Below, one piece after another: positions 36,557-44,907 of a stretch of DNA of 45,706 nt (positions within the stretch are counted from its first letter, which is position 1; each line of letters begins with the position of its first letter). The DNA comes from an uncultured Lachnospira sp. (lineage in GTDB: Bacteria; Bacillota; Clostridia; Lachnospirales; Lachnospiraceae): positions 1 to 45,706 of the forward strand of contig CANRBP010000001.1 of NCBI GenBank assembly GCA_947628875.1, in the 5' to 3' direction. The position numbers and the translations under genes were made by a program. Below the pieces are notes generated by a model. The model did not search any database, was not told where the DNA came from, and saw nothing but the letters and a program-made list of their open reading frames with translations.

Positions 36557-38074
36557 TTAATATTGAACGGCGCTTAGATTTCCTGAATTTCCAGTTACTT
36601 TGTAACACTGTCCATCCCGGACGCCTACACCGTAATATCCATCAACAGACGTAGTCTGGCCGCGCCGCAGATCACAGCGTATATAATACATGTCAATGCC
36701 TGATATCGTTTGCCTTGACTGGTATACGAAAGATACCGATGCGCTGTTGTCTGCGGTTATAATACCCTCGCTGTTTATAATATTTAATGCCTGCATTCTC
36801 TGCCGCAGCAGGTTTACCGCCTCATTAAAGCTGTATTCCTTAGCTGTCTTGATGACAAAGCTCTGCCTTGTTATCGGACTTGAAACATCATGCTCGCTGA
36901 TTATCAAAGCTGAAACCACGGCGCTGCTTTCCAGCTCAAACGGCTCTGTATACAGAATCGAAGTCTCTGTCGGCGTTGTGCCGTCCAGAGTATAATAAGC
37001 CTTTGCGCCATCAGGAATATTGCTTATGGCTATCTTCTGCCCGGCTTCGTATTCGCCTGCCTCCGGGTCAAATACAGGCGCATCAGGCTGTGCATAGTCA
37101 ATATCAAACGTATATGATGCGACTTCGCTGTACACGCCTATTTCATTCACGGCAACCGCCTTCAATGTAACAGTCGATGCCTCAAGTTCAATCATTTCTT
37201 TAAATTCCGTGCTGCCTGATGTCGGTTCTGAGCCGTCAAGCGTATAGAAAATGCGGCATCCGTCTTCTGCTATCAGATGAAGCTGAAGCGTTCCCGAATA
37301 CTTTCCTTCCTTCTCTGAGGCCGTAGGCGCAGACACTTCATAAGCAGAAAGATACCTGGCGCCTGTTGTATCCTTATATTTTTTTATCAGCTCCGTAAGC
37401 TTTGCCCCGTCACGCTGCTCATAATAATATTTTGCGAGTGCAGTAATCGCCTGTTCATTGTACTTGTCATAGGCTAACAGATCATTCAGCATAGCCGCAG
37501 CGCTGCTGCTGTCGCCCGACTGATCATAACAGTCATAAAGCGCCAGCATAAGCTCTGTGTTGCGCTTTCCTTTGTCAGACTCATAGGCTTTTTTCAGATA
37601 TTTCAGCGCATCACTGTAATTTTCTTCACCATACTTCTCCATGCCTGCGGACAGGTTGTAGTCATAAGACTGTTTATGGCTGTTATCCATAGCCGCAGCA
37701 ACGCCTATGATAATAATTATAACAAGCGCAACCATGCCGCAAACGCCGCCGATTATCCATTTGTTCCTGCTTGATGAGCCTGATTTAGCAGTTCCTTTCC
37801 GTTCTGCAATATCCTCCTGCGGATCCAGCAGCAGCTCAAGTTCTTCGTCTTCAAGCACTTTATCCTGATTAAGCCTTTGCTCTACTGCACGCTTGTCAAA
37901 CATCTGCGTTGCACCCAGGTCTGACGGCTGGCCGGCTGCCTTCTGCTCATCTTCCCTGTCCCGGGTTCCCTGCCCCTCCACAAACGCCCTTGCGACGTTA
38001 TTCTCTTCCTCTACAAGGCGCTGTATGGAACGAACCAGTTCTTCATCTATATCATCTTCACGATCTTTGTTCAT
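36557..38074 (-). CDS. Single-pass membrane protein with TPR-like helices and two chitobiase/Fn3-associated domains
   Basis: Acidic N-terminus, one TM helix, TPR-like segment, then IFYTLDGSEPT and AYYTLDGTTPT motifs. Confidence 0.8.
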   Translation of the reverse strand: MNKDREDDIDEELVRSIQRLVEEENNVARAFVEGQGTRDREDEQKAAGQPSDLGATQMFDKRAVEQRLNQDKVLEDEELELLLDPQEDIAERKGTAKSGSSSRNKWIIGGVCGMVALVIIIIIGVAAAMDNSHKQSYDYNLSAGMEKYGEENYSDALKYLKKAYESDKGKRNTELMLALYDCYDQSGDSSSAAAMLNDLLAYDKYNEQAITALAKYYYEQRDGAKLTELIKKYKDTTGARYLSAYEVSAPTASEKEGKYSGTLQLHLIAEDGCRIFYTLDGSEPTSGSTEFKEMIELEASTVTLKAVAVNEIGVYSEVASYTFDIDYAQPDAPVFDPEAGEYEAGQKIAISNIPDGAKAYYTLDGTTPTETSILYTEPFELESSAVVSALIISEHDVSSPITRQSFVIKTAKEYSFNEAVNLLRQRMQALNIINSEGIITADNSASVSFVYQSRQTISGIDMYYIRCDLRRGQTTSVDGYYGVGVRDGQCYKVTGNSGNLSAVQY

Positions 38075-38156
38075 AAAAAAACTCCCGTTAAAAAACTGCC
38101 GTTAAAAAAAACTGCTATTTTTACCTTTTCACATAAATTATGAATAAATCATATCT

Positions 38157-38185
38157 ATAATACCATATCTTTTTTGAATAATCAA
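38157..38185 (-). promoter_or_regulatory. Putative sigma-70 promoter of the TPR/Fn3 gene
   Basis: Minus strand TTGATT-17 nt-TATTAT with extended -10 TG. Confidence 0.55.
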
Positions 38186-38260
38186 CAAAAGTCCTTATTG
38201 AGTTTCTGTATTATAAATTCCGTATTATAAAATCAATTTTATCTTTTTTTATTTTTCTTT

Positions 38261-38301
38261 CATAATTTGGACACAATTTACTCACAATTTCACTTTATAC
38301 T
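38261..38301 (+). promoter_or_regulatory. Three 11-bp-phased CAYAATTT repeats plus TATACT -10 box (candidate activator-dependent promoter)
   Basis: Repeats start at 38261, 38272 and 38283; TATACT at 38296-38301; no good -35. Confidence 0.55.
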
Positions 38302-38307
38302 CATTAT

Positions 38308-38393
38308 CAGATAGCAAGGATAATCTTTCTATCTCCCCCCTCATATTTTATTTGTACGGCATCCGCAGGTTTTCCCTGCGGATGCCGTTTTTT
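38308..38393 (+). ncRNA. Candidate ~85-nt small regulatory RNA with a C-rich anti-SD tract
   Basis: -10 box upstream, 5' stem-loop (38309-38334), unpaired CCCCCCUCAU, and a plus-strand terminator although both flanking genes are on the minus strand. Confidence 0.6.
38356..38393 (+). terminator. Intrinsic terminator, plus strand
   Basis: Perfect 14-bp stem ACGGCATCCGCAGG / CCTGCGGATGCCGT followed by a T run. Confidence 0.85.
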
Positions 38394-38410
38394 ATCCGTA
38401 AATACGCAAT

Positions 38411-38448
38411 AAATTCCGGCAGGAATCCTTGCTTTCCTGCCGGAATTT
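38411..38448 (-). terminator. Terminator of the Ig-repeat gene
   Basis: 15-bp stem AAATTCCGGCAGGAA / TTCCTGCCGGAATTT about 35 nt after the stop codon. Confidence 0.75.
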
Positions 38449-38481
38449 TGGGAAAAATAATGCAAAAGCTATCTTGCTCAG

Positions 38482-41400
38482 TTACCGCTGTATATTTGTT
38501 ACACGCACAACGCAAGTTAAAGTCTTATCATGGACAACTGCTGTAATTGTTGTTGTCCCGGCCATCCTTGCCACCACTTCTCCGCTTGCGCTGACCGTGC
38601 AGACGCGCGGATTGCTGCTTCGCCATGTAACTCTGTCAGTCGTGCCCAAAACATCCATCCAATATTTATCATATTGTTCCAATGTTATGCTCGTTCGGCT
38701 GATATCAAGCGAATGGATAACGCAGGTTGACAAAACGCCTGCGGCATCGCTTTCAACAACAACCTCCGCCGTACCCGGCCCTACTGTCGTGATGACGCCG
38801 TTTGAATCTACTACGACAACACCTGTATCTGTTGAATACCACTCATAGGAATCCGTATTGACAGCCGGCCGCACGCGGACGCTAAGCTGTCTTGACTTTC
38901 CTGTCAGCATATATATCTCACTTGAATTAATCTTCAATGATGAAATATTGATAACCGGCGTTACATATACCCAGCAGACGCCCTTGACATCATTTCCATC
39001 AGTTGATGTCGCAGTCACCTTACATTTGCCCGGACTCAATGCAAATATCTCACCGGCTTCATCTACAACCGCTATATTCTCATCAGAAGATTCCCAGGTA
39101 ACATCTTTGATTGAGGCATCTTCCGGATAAATTATCGCGTTTACGATCTGCGACTCGCCGACCAGCAGCCGTACAGTTGACGGTTCTATTGTAATCGCAG
39201 TAACCGGGTTTACTACACGCACGATACACGAATCGCTCACGCCGCTTCCGTCCGCCGCAGTCGCCGTAATTACAGCCGTACCTGGAACGCCTGCTATAAG
39301 ATTGCCTTTGCCGTCCACGCTGCATATATCATAGTTAGATGATGTCCATACAATCTCTTTGTTAGTCGCTGTCTCAGAACCTACCTGCGCCGTTAGCGTT
39401 CCAGACGTGCCATAATTCATAAACTTGAAATGCTCGCTCAGCGTAATTGAGGATACATATTCCTTAACCTCAATGGTGCAGGCTGCAATCAAGTGGCACT
39501 CCTCCGTCTCGACCTCGATAACGCAGGAACCGCCCTTCAGGGCTGTTACGATACCGTTTTCATCTACCGATGCCACTTCCGGGTCGCTTGAAAAATATGT
39601 GACATTTTTATTTTCAGCATCATACGGTTCAATTATCGGGATAATCGCATATTTAGCTCCTACCCACAGCAGCTGATAATCTGAATTAAGAGTGATGCCC
39701 GTTACAGGCTGCGTAACCGTAACAACACAGTATGCGGTAATTCCCGTATCCACGTTTGTAGCAATAATTGACGTAACTCCCGCACCTACAGCTGTAACCT
39801 TGCCATCCTGCTCAACCGTACAAACTTCCTCGTCACGGCTGGTCCATTCAATAATCTTGTTGTCGGCATTTTCCGGAAGGCAGGTTGCATTCAGCCAAAA
39901 TACCTGGCCTTTGCGCACTGTGATATCCGTTGTATTGAGGATAACCTGTGTTACCGGCTGCTTAACATAAACATTGCACATTGCCGTATAACCGCCGTCC
40001 AGCGACTTACAGAGTATCGTACAGTTGCCGGTACCCATTGCCTGAACAAGGCCGTTAGAATCCACTATACATACATTCGGGTTAGAAGATTCCCAAACCA
40101 GCGTCTTGTCAGAAGCTGTAATAGGAAGAACCTCCGCCGTGATGCGCAGCGTATCTCCTATACGCATGATAACGTCCGTATAATCCAGCTTTATCTCTTC
40201 TACCGGAATATTAATAACAAAATTACAGGTTGCAATAAATCCGCCCTCTTCTGTCTGGCAGATTACTGTACAGTAGCCTGGTTTTACGAATGTGACCAGA
40301 CCGTTCTCATCAACCGTACATACGCTCGGATCTGATGATGTCCAGATAACATTCCTGTTTACGCCATCGCCCTCCGGCAAAACCGTTGCGACAAGCTGGT
40401 ACTGGCCGACTGCCATAGAAGAATTGACAGACGATGCATTCAGCCTCAATCCGGTTACAGGCTCTCTGACATAAACCTCGCAGCTGGTCTGCTTTAAGCC
40501 GTCTTCTGAAATAACCGTAATAGTTGCAGAACCGCCAGATACGCCGGTAATCGTAGCACCGTAGCTGTCACCCTCTACTGTCGCCACAGACGGGTTGGAA
40601 GTTCCCCACAAAACATTCGCGTTAGTCGGACCTTCCGGCGTAAAGTGAAGCTGTACCGTCCCTGTATCTCCTCTGTCAATTACGATTGAAGACGGATCAA
40701 TAACAAGATCCTTAACCGGAGTTGTTACATAAATAACACATGTTTCCGACTTGATAACGCCATTGACATTCTGTGATATAATCAGATGAACTGCGCCAGG
40801 AACAAGACCTGTTATACGGAAATCCTTTCCATCCTGCACAACGCTCACCAGCGGATCTGTCGGAACAACGCCGTTGTCATACGCCTGATTGACAAGTTCA
40901 AATGAAAGCGGATTGTTAACCAGATCTTCTTCCGTCACAAGCGCGCTTACAACAATCGTATCATCTATATTTACCGATGCTGAAGTAGTGCTTAATGCAA
41001 AACCGTCAATAACAGTAATCTCAAATTCCAGCGTTATAGGCAGGTTGTACTTTTCATATTCTTTATCGTCAGTATTTCTTGCCGCCCTGATTTTCGTCTT
41101 ACCGGCCTTATGCGCCGTCACAAGGCCTTTATCGTCAACTGTCAGTATATCAGTATTATCACTGGTCCATGTAACTGTTGACGGATTGGCTGATGTCTCA
41201 AGCTGGATCTTATCCCCGACATTAATCAAAGAGACATCTTTCCCCAGCTTTTTAAACGGAACTACAATGTTTATATAATCTGCTGTATACCATGCATCTC
41301 CCTCTGCAAGCAAGCCTGCCTGTATACGCGAAACACCTGCTGTAATCTTTTTTTGTGCATCCACTACTCCGTTTGTAACTGTACATACATCCGTTTTTTC

Positions 41401-42396
41401 GGATTTATATGTCACCCGCGAAGTTGCCGGAAATTTAACATTTGATGGTATTATCTCGTTTGAAAACGGTACATAATCCGTATCATCAAGCACCATATAA
41501 ATCTCATTCCCTATACGGCCTGAATCGATGTCATGAGGCTGCCATTCCGGTATCGGATTAGGAAATGAGCTATCTGTACGCTTACTAACTTTTGCAGCAT
41601 CGAAACGAACAACTGACCTGATTGTATACCGCTGCATCAGTTCTTCATTGCCATCGCCATCCGCAGTACGCACAGTTATACGCGTCTCACCGCCGCCGAT
41701 GACCTTCAATGTAACAGAATCATCGCCTTTGCTTTGAATCTCCAGAATTCCATCTGATTCCATCGAACCGCTCGGATCATTATTTGATTCGATAAATATA
41801 GGATTAGAACTGCCTGTATTCGTAGCGAATGTAATCGTATCTCCTTCTCTATAAATCGTACCGTTTATCTCAGATGGCACAAGGCCAGCGCCAGCACCAT
41901 CACCATTGACATTGTCACTTGCCTTAATAGCCAACGGCACAGTAACGATTGCCTCTCTGGAAGCAATGGCCTGGTGTTCCACCCGTTCGCCGGTCGGAGC
42001 ATATTTATTGGAATAATATGTAGCTGTTACCTTTGCGTTTCCTGCTCTGTCTCCATAAATAGTTGGATTTGCTCCTGTTGCAGTTTCATTGACGCCATTG
42101 TTATCAAACCTTACAATGGAAGTTTTATTTCTTTCCACTGTCCACTCTATCCAACTAGTTTCAGGGGCATAATTTAACTGTGAACTGTTGTCGTCCGTAC
42201 CTGATGCCGATGCTGTAAGCTGAGTTGACACTGTACCGCTTGGAACGGTTATCGCCGTTGTATTTAAAGATAGCGTCACATTCGTACTGGCATTAACGTA
42301 AAGCATATAACCGCTGAACATCAATAATGCAAAGACAGCCGCGCCAAAAATCTTCCACCCTTTCCTTAGTTTCCTGATTTGCTTGATTCTTTCCAT
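38482..42396 (-). CDS. Secreted/surface protein with at least 11 bacterial Ig-like (Big_2-type) repeats
   Basis: Signal peptide ending VNA; repeated PVT.I.L...W.SS...V..VD.NG.VTA...G units of about 80 aa. Confidence 0.9.
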   Translation of the reverse strand: MERIKQIRKLRKGWKIFGAAVFALLMFSGYMLYVNASTNVTLSLNTTAITVPSGTVSTQLTASASGTDDNSSQLNYAPETSWIEWTVERNKTSIVRFDNNGVNETATGANPTIYGDRAGNAKVTATYYSNKYAPTGERVEHQAIASREAIVTVPLAIKASDNVNGDGAGAGLVPSEINGTIYREGDTITFATNTGSSNPIFIESNNDPSGSMESDGILEIQSKGDDSVTLKVIGGGETRITVRTADGDGNEELMQRYTIRSVVRFDAAKVSKRTDSSFPNPIPEWQPHDIDSGRIGNEIYMVLDDTDYVPFSNEIIPSNVKFPATSRVTYKSEKTDVCTVTNGVVDAQKKITAGVSRIQAGLLAEGDAWYTADYINIVVPFKKLGKDVSLINVGDKIQLETSANPSTVTWTSDNTDILTVDDKGLVTAHKAGKTKIRAARNTDDKEYEKYNLPITLEFEITVIDGFALSTTSASVNIDDTIVVSALVTEEDLVNNPLSFELVNQAYDNGVVPTDPLVSVVQDGKDFRITGLVPGAVHLIISQNVNGVIKSETCVIYVTTPVKDLVIDPSSIVIDRGDTGTVQLHFTPEGPTNANVLWGTSNPSVATVEGDSYGATITGVSGGSATITVISEDGLKQTSCEVYVREPVTGLRLNASSVNSSMAVGQYQLVATVLPEGDGVNRNVIWTSSDPSVCTVDENGLVTFVKPGYCTVICQTEEGGFIATCNFVINIPVEEIKLDYTDVIMRIGDTLRITAEVLPITASDKTLVWESSNPNVCIVDSNGLVQAMGTGNCTILCKSLDGGYTAMCNVYVKQPVTQVILNTTDITVRKGQVFWLNATCLPENADNKIIEWTSRDEEVCTVEQDGKVTAVGAGVTSIIATNVDTGITAYCVVTVTQPVTGITLNSDYQLLWVGAKYAIIPIIEPYDAENKNVTYFSSDPEVASVDENGIVTALKGGSCVIEVETEECHLIAACTIEVKEYVSSITLSEHFKFMNYGTSGTLTAQVGSETATNKEIVWTSSNYDICSVDGKGNLIAGVPGTAVITATAADGSGVSDSCIVRVVNPVTAITIEPSTVRLLVGESQIVNAIIYPEDASIKDVTWESSDENIAVVDEAGEIFALSPGKCKVTATSTDGNDVKGVCWVYVTPVINISSLKINSSEIYMLTGKSRQLSVRVRPAVNTDSYEWYSTDTGVVVVDSNGVITTVGPGTAEVVVESDAAGVLSTCVIHSLDISRTSITLEQYDKYWMDVLGTTDRVTWRSSNPRVCTVSASGEVVARMAGTTTITAVVHDKTLTCVVRVTNIQR

Positions 42397-42509
42397 AAAA
42401 CGATCTCCATTCCAAAGCGCCTCTATAACATGATCTCCCTGCCATAAAACGCTTCATTTATTTAACTAAAACTGCATGTTGTCAACTGGTTAATCCTAAT
42501 ATAAATACA

Positions 42510-42536
42510 CTATCGGCATTATTTTATATAAGTTTA
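42510..42536 (-). promoter_or_regulatory. Sigma-28 (FliA/SigD)-type promoter upstream of the Ig-repeat gene
   Basis: Minus strand TAAA-15 nt-GCCGATAG, matching the TAAA-N15-GCCGATAA consensus. Confidence 0.75.
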
Positions 42537-42633
42537 CTATAATTTTATGGAATTTTCAATAGATATAATTAATTTTTTCAGAACTATATTTTTTCAAAAT
42601 GTATATTGTGAATATCCTTTCGTCAGCCTCATA

Positions 42634-42689
42634 ACAGAAAAAGGACTGCGGGACAGGTAAAAATGAAATCCTGCGCAGTCCTTTTTTGT
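42634..42689 (-). terminator. Terminator after kdgK
   Basis: AAAAAGGACTGCG / CGCAGTCCTTTTT stem with T tails on both strands. Confidence 0.8.
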
Positions 42690-42716
42690 CCAAATTACCA
42701 ACAGCCTACGCTGCGA

Positions 42717-43748
42717 TTACCTCTGTACACGTCCTGAAGCATCGCCGCCAGCAAGCGTCTCAACTTCCTTGCGGGATACAAGGTTGAAATCTCCCGGGAT
42801 CGTGTGCTTTAATGCAGATGCAGCTACACCGAACTCAAGAGCATCCTTGAAGTTCTTTCCATCTACCAGGCCGCAGATCGTGCCGCCTGCAAAAGAATCA
42901 CCGCCGCCTACGCGGTCAACGATCGGATGAATGCTGTACTCTTTTGAATGGTAAAATTCTTTTGTGTCTCTTGAGTAAATGCATGCTGACCAGCCGTTGT
43001 CAGATGCTGAATGGCTTACACGGAGGGAAGAGATGCAGTACTCAAAGTTATAGTCAGCAACCATCTGCTCGAAAATGGACTTGTATCCGGCAAGTTCCAA
43101 ATCGCCGCTTGTTACATCTGTATTGCCCGGCTTATAACCCAATACCAGCTCAGCATCTTCTTCGTTACCAATGCATACATCAACATACTGCATAAGGTTT
43201 TTCATAACCTTCTGCGCTTTTTCGGAAGACCATAATTTCTTACGGAAGTTCAGGTCAACTGATACTTTAACGTTATGCCTCTTTGCAGCTTTCAAAGCTT
43301 CCTCTGTCAGGACTGCTGCTGAGTCTGAAACAGCAGGAGTGATGCCTGTGAAATGGAACCAGTCAGCGCCCTCAAAAATTTTGTCAAAATCAAAATCAGC
43401 AGCAGTTGCTGTAGAAATGGAGGAATGTGCCCTGTCATAAACAACCTTGGACGGTCTCATTGAAGAACCGGACTCAAGGTAGTAAATTCCAAGCCTCTCA
43501 CCGCATTTTGCAATGTTGTCTGTTTTTACATTGAACTTTCTCAAAGCTGCTACTGCGCACTCGCCGATCTCATTGTCCGGCACTGCTGTAACAAACTCTG
43601 CCTCATGTCCATAATTTGCAAGCGATACGGCAACATTTGCCTCACCGCCGCCATAGCATACGTCAAATTCATCAGCCTGGATAAACTTCTCATTGTTTGG
43701 GGTAGATAATCTCAACATGATCTCGCCCATTGTTACGATCTTTGCCAT
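42717..43748 (-). CDS. kdgK: 2-keto-3-deoxygluconate kinase (PfkB family)
   Basis: GEIMLRLS, GGGEANVA, DLNFRKKLW, DRVGGGDSF and KHTIPGD motifs; next to eda and uxaA. Confidence 0.92.
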   Translation of the reverse strand: MAKIVTMGEIMLRLSTPNNEKFIQADEFDVCYGGGEANVAVSLANYGHEAEFVTAVPDNEIGECAVAALRKFNVKTDNIAKCGERLGIYYLESGSSMRPSKVVYDRAHSSISTATAADFDFDKIFEGADWFHFTGITPAVSDSAAVLTEEALKAAKRHNVKVSVDLNFRKKLWSSEKAQKVMKNLMQYVDVCIGNEEDAELVLGYKPGNTDVTSGDLELAGYKSIFEQMVADYNFEYCISSLRVSHSASDNGWSACIYSRDTKEFYHSKEYSIHPIVDRVGGGDSFAGGTICGLVDGKNFKDALEFGVAASALKHTIPGDFNLVSRKEVETLAGGDASGRVQR

Positions 43749-43858
43749 TTTTAATCTCCTTTAGGTTAAAAAAATTTAATTTGGCGCAGCTCCGGCCGGA
43801 TACAAGCGGATCCAGCCGGCTGCTGCGTAAATTATCAAGTTATCTGTACAAATAACTG

Positions 43859-44818
43859 TTACTTCTGAACAAGGTGCATAGCAAATCCGCCGAACTCGCC
43901 CTTGAAGTAAATTGCCGTCATCTTGCCGTTCTTTACTACGGCTGAATCCTGATCAAACTCAAAGCCTCTCTTCTCCAAATGGTAAACAGCCCTCTCGATG
44001 TAGTTTGTAGCAATCGCGATATGTCCGTTTGCACCGCGGCCCGGCTTCTTCATAAGCTCAAAGCCTGTGCCTGCAAATACTGAGCTGTTGCCGACCTTCT
44101 TCTCAAAGCTGAATGCCTTGTTGAATGTATCTGCAAGTTCTTCTGCTGCTTCACCGCTCTCAAGATTAACGCCCACATGCCTTACCTCAAAGCCAAGCAT
44201 CGTGTCAACAGCTTCCTTTGTCAGCTTCTCAATGCCTGCAAAATCACCAGCAGCAAGCATGTCCTTCTTTACCATCCAGGAACCGCCGCAGCATACGATC
44301 TTGCCAAAATCAAGATAGGACTTTAAGTTGCCTGCATTGATTCCGCCTGTAGGCATAAACTTCATGCCTGTATAAGGAGCTGCCATGGACTTGATCATGT
44401 TCAGGCCGCCTGCAGCTTCAGCCGGGAAGAATTTAACAACATCCAGTCCCAGTTCAATGGCAACTTCAACGTCTGAAGGATTGCTTGTACCAGGAACAAT
44501 CGGATATCCCTTGTCGATGCAGTGCTTTACTACCTTCGGATTCAATCCAGGACTTACGATAAACTTCGCACCTGCGTTCATTGCCTTGTCAGCCTGCTCC
44601 GGTGTAAGTACGGTACCTGCGCCGACGATCAGCTCCGGGAACTTCTCAGCCATGATCCTGATGGATTCCTCAGCAGCAGCCGTCCTGAATGTAACCTCCG
44701 CACATGGAAGCCCGCCATCGATCAGCGCCTTTGCCAAAGGTTCTGCGTCCTTTACGTCATCAAGCGCAATGACAGGAACGATACCAATCTTACCAAGCTC
44801 TTCAACAACTTTGTTCAT
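43859..44818 (-). CDS. eda: KDPG/KHG aldolase with a C-terminal extension
   Basis: AEVTFRT, GAGTVL, FIVSPG, KFFPA and FMPTGGI motifs plus about 110 extra residues. Confidence 0.95.
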   Translation of the reverse strand: MNKVVEELGKIGIVPVIALDDVKDAEPLAKALIDGGLPCAEVTFRTAAAEESIRIMAEKFPELIVGAGTVLTPEQADKAMNAGAKFIVSPGLNPKVVKHCIDKGYPIVPGTSNPSDVEVAIELGLDVVKFFPAEAAGGLNMIKSMAAPYTGMKFMPTGGINAGNLKSYLDFGKIVCCGGSWMVKKDMLAAGDFAGIEKLTKEAVDTMLGFEVRHVGVNLESGEAAEELADTFNKAFSFEKKVGNSSVFAGTGFELMKKPGRGANGHIAIATNYIERAVYHLEKRGFEFDQDSAVVKNGKMTAIYFKGEFGGFAMHLVQK

Positions 44819-44851
44819 TTTATTATCTCCTTCTTCAATTAAGATACTTTT

Positions 44852-44880
44852 ATTATAATTTTGAAAAAAAAATTTGTCAA
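44852..44880 (-). promoter_or_regulatory. Consensus sigma-70 promoter of eda-kdgK
   Basis: Minus strand TTGACA-17 nt-TATAAT. Confidence 0.85.
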
Positions 44881-44907
44881 TTCATACCACTAAAAACATC
44901 AATGAAA

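Noticed and set aside
38282-38344. 20-codon minus-strand ORF (MRGEIERLSLL...) over the sRNA candidate
   Set aside because: No RBS upstream, and it does not explain the plus-strand -10 box and terminator.
43783-43828. GC-rich imperfect hairpin between eda and kdgK as an ncRNA
   Set aside because: Short, with no promoter or U-tail; adequately explained as an intercistronic mRNA stability element.
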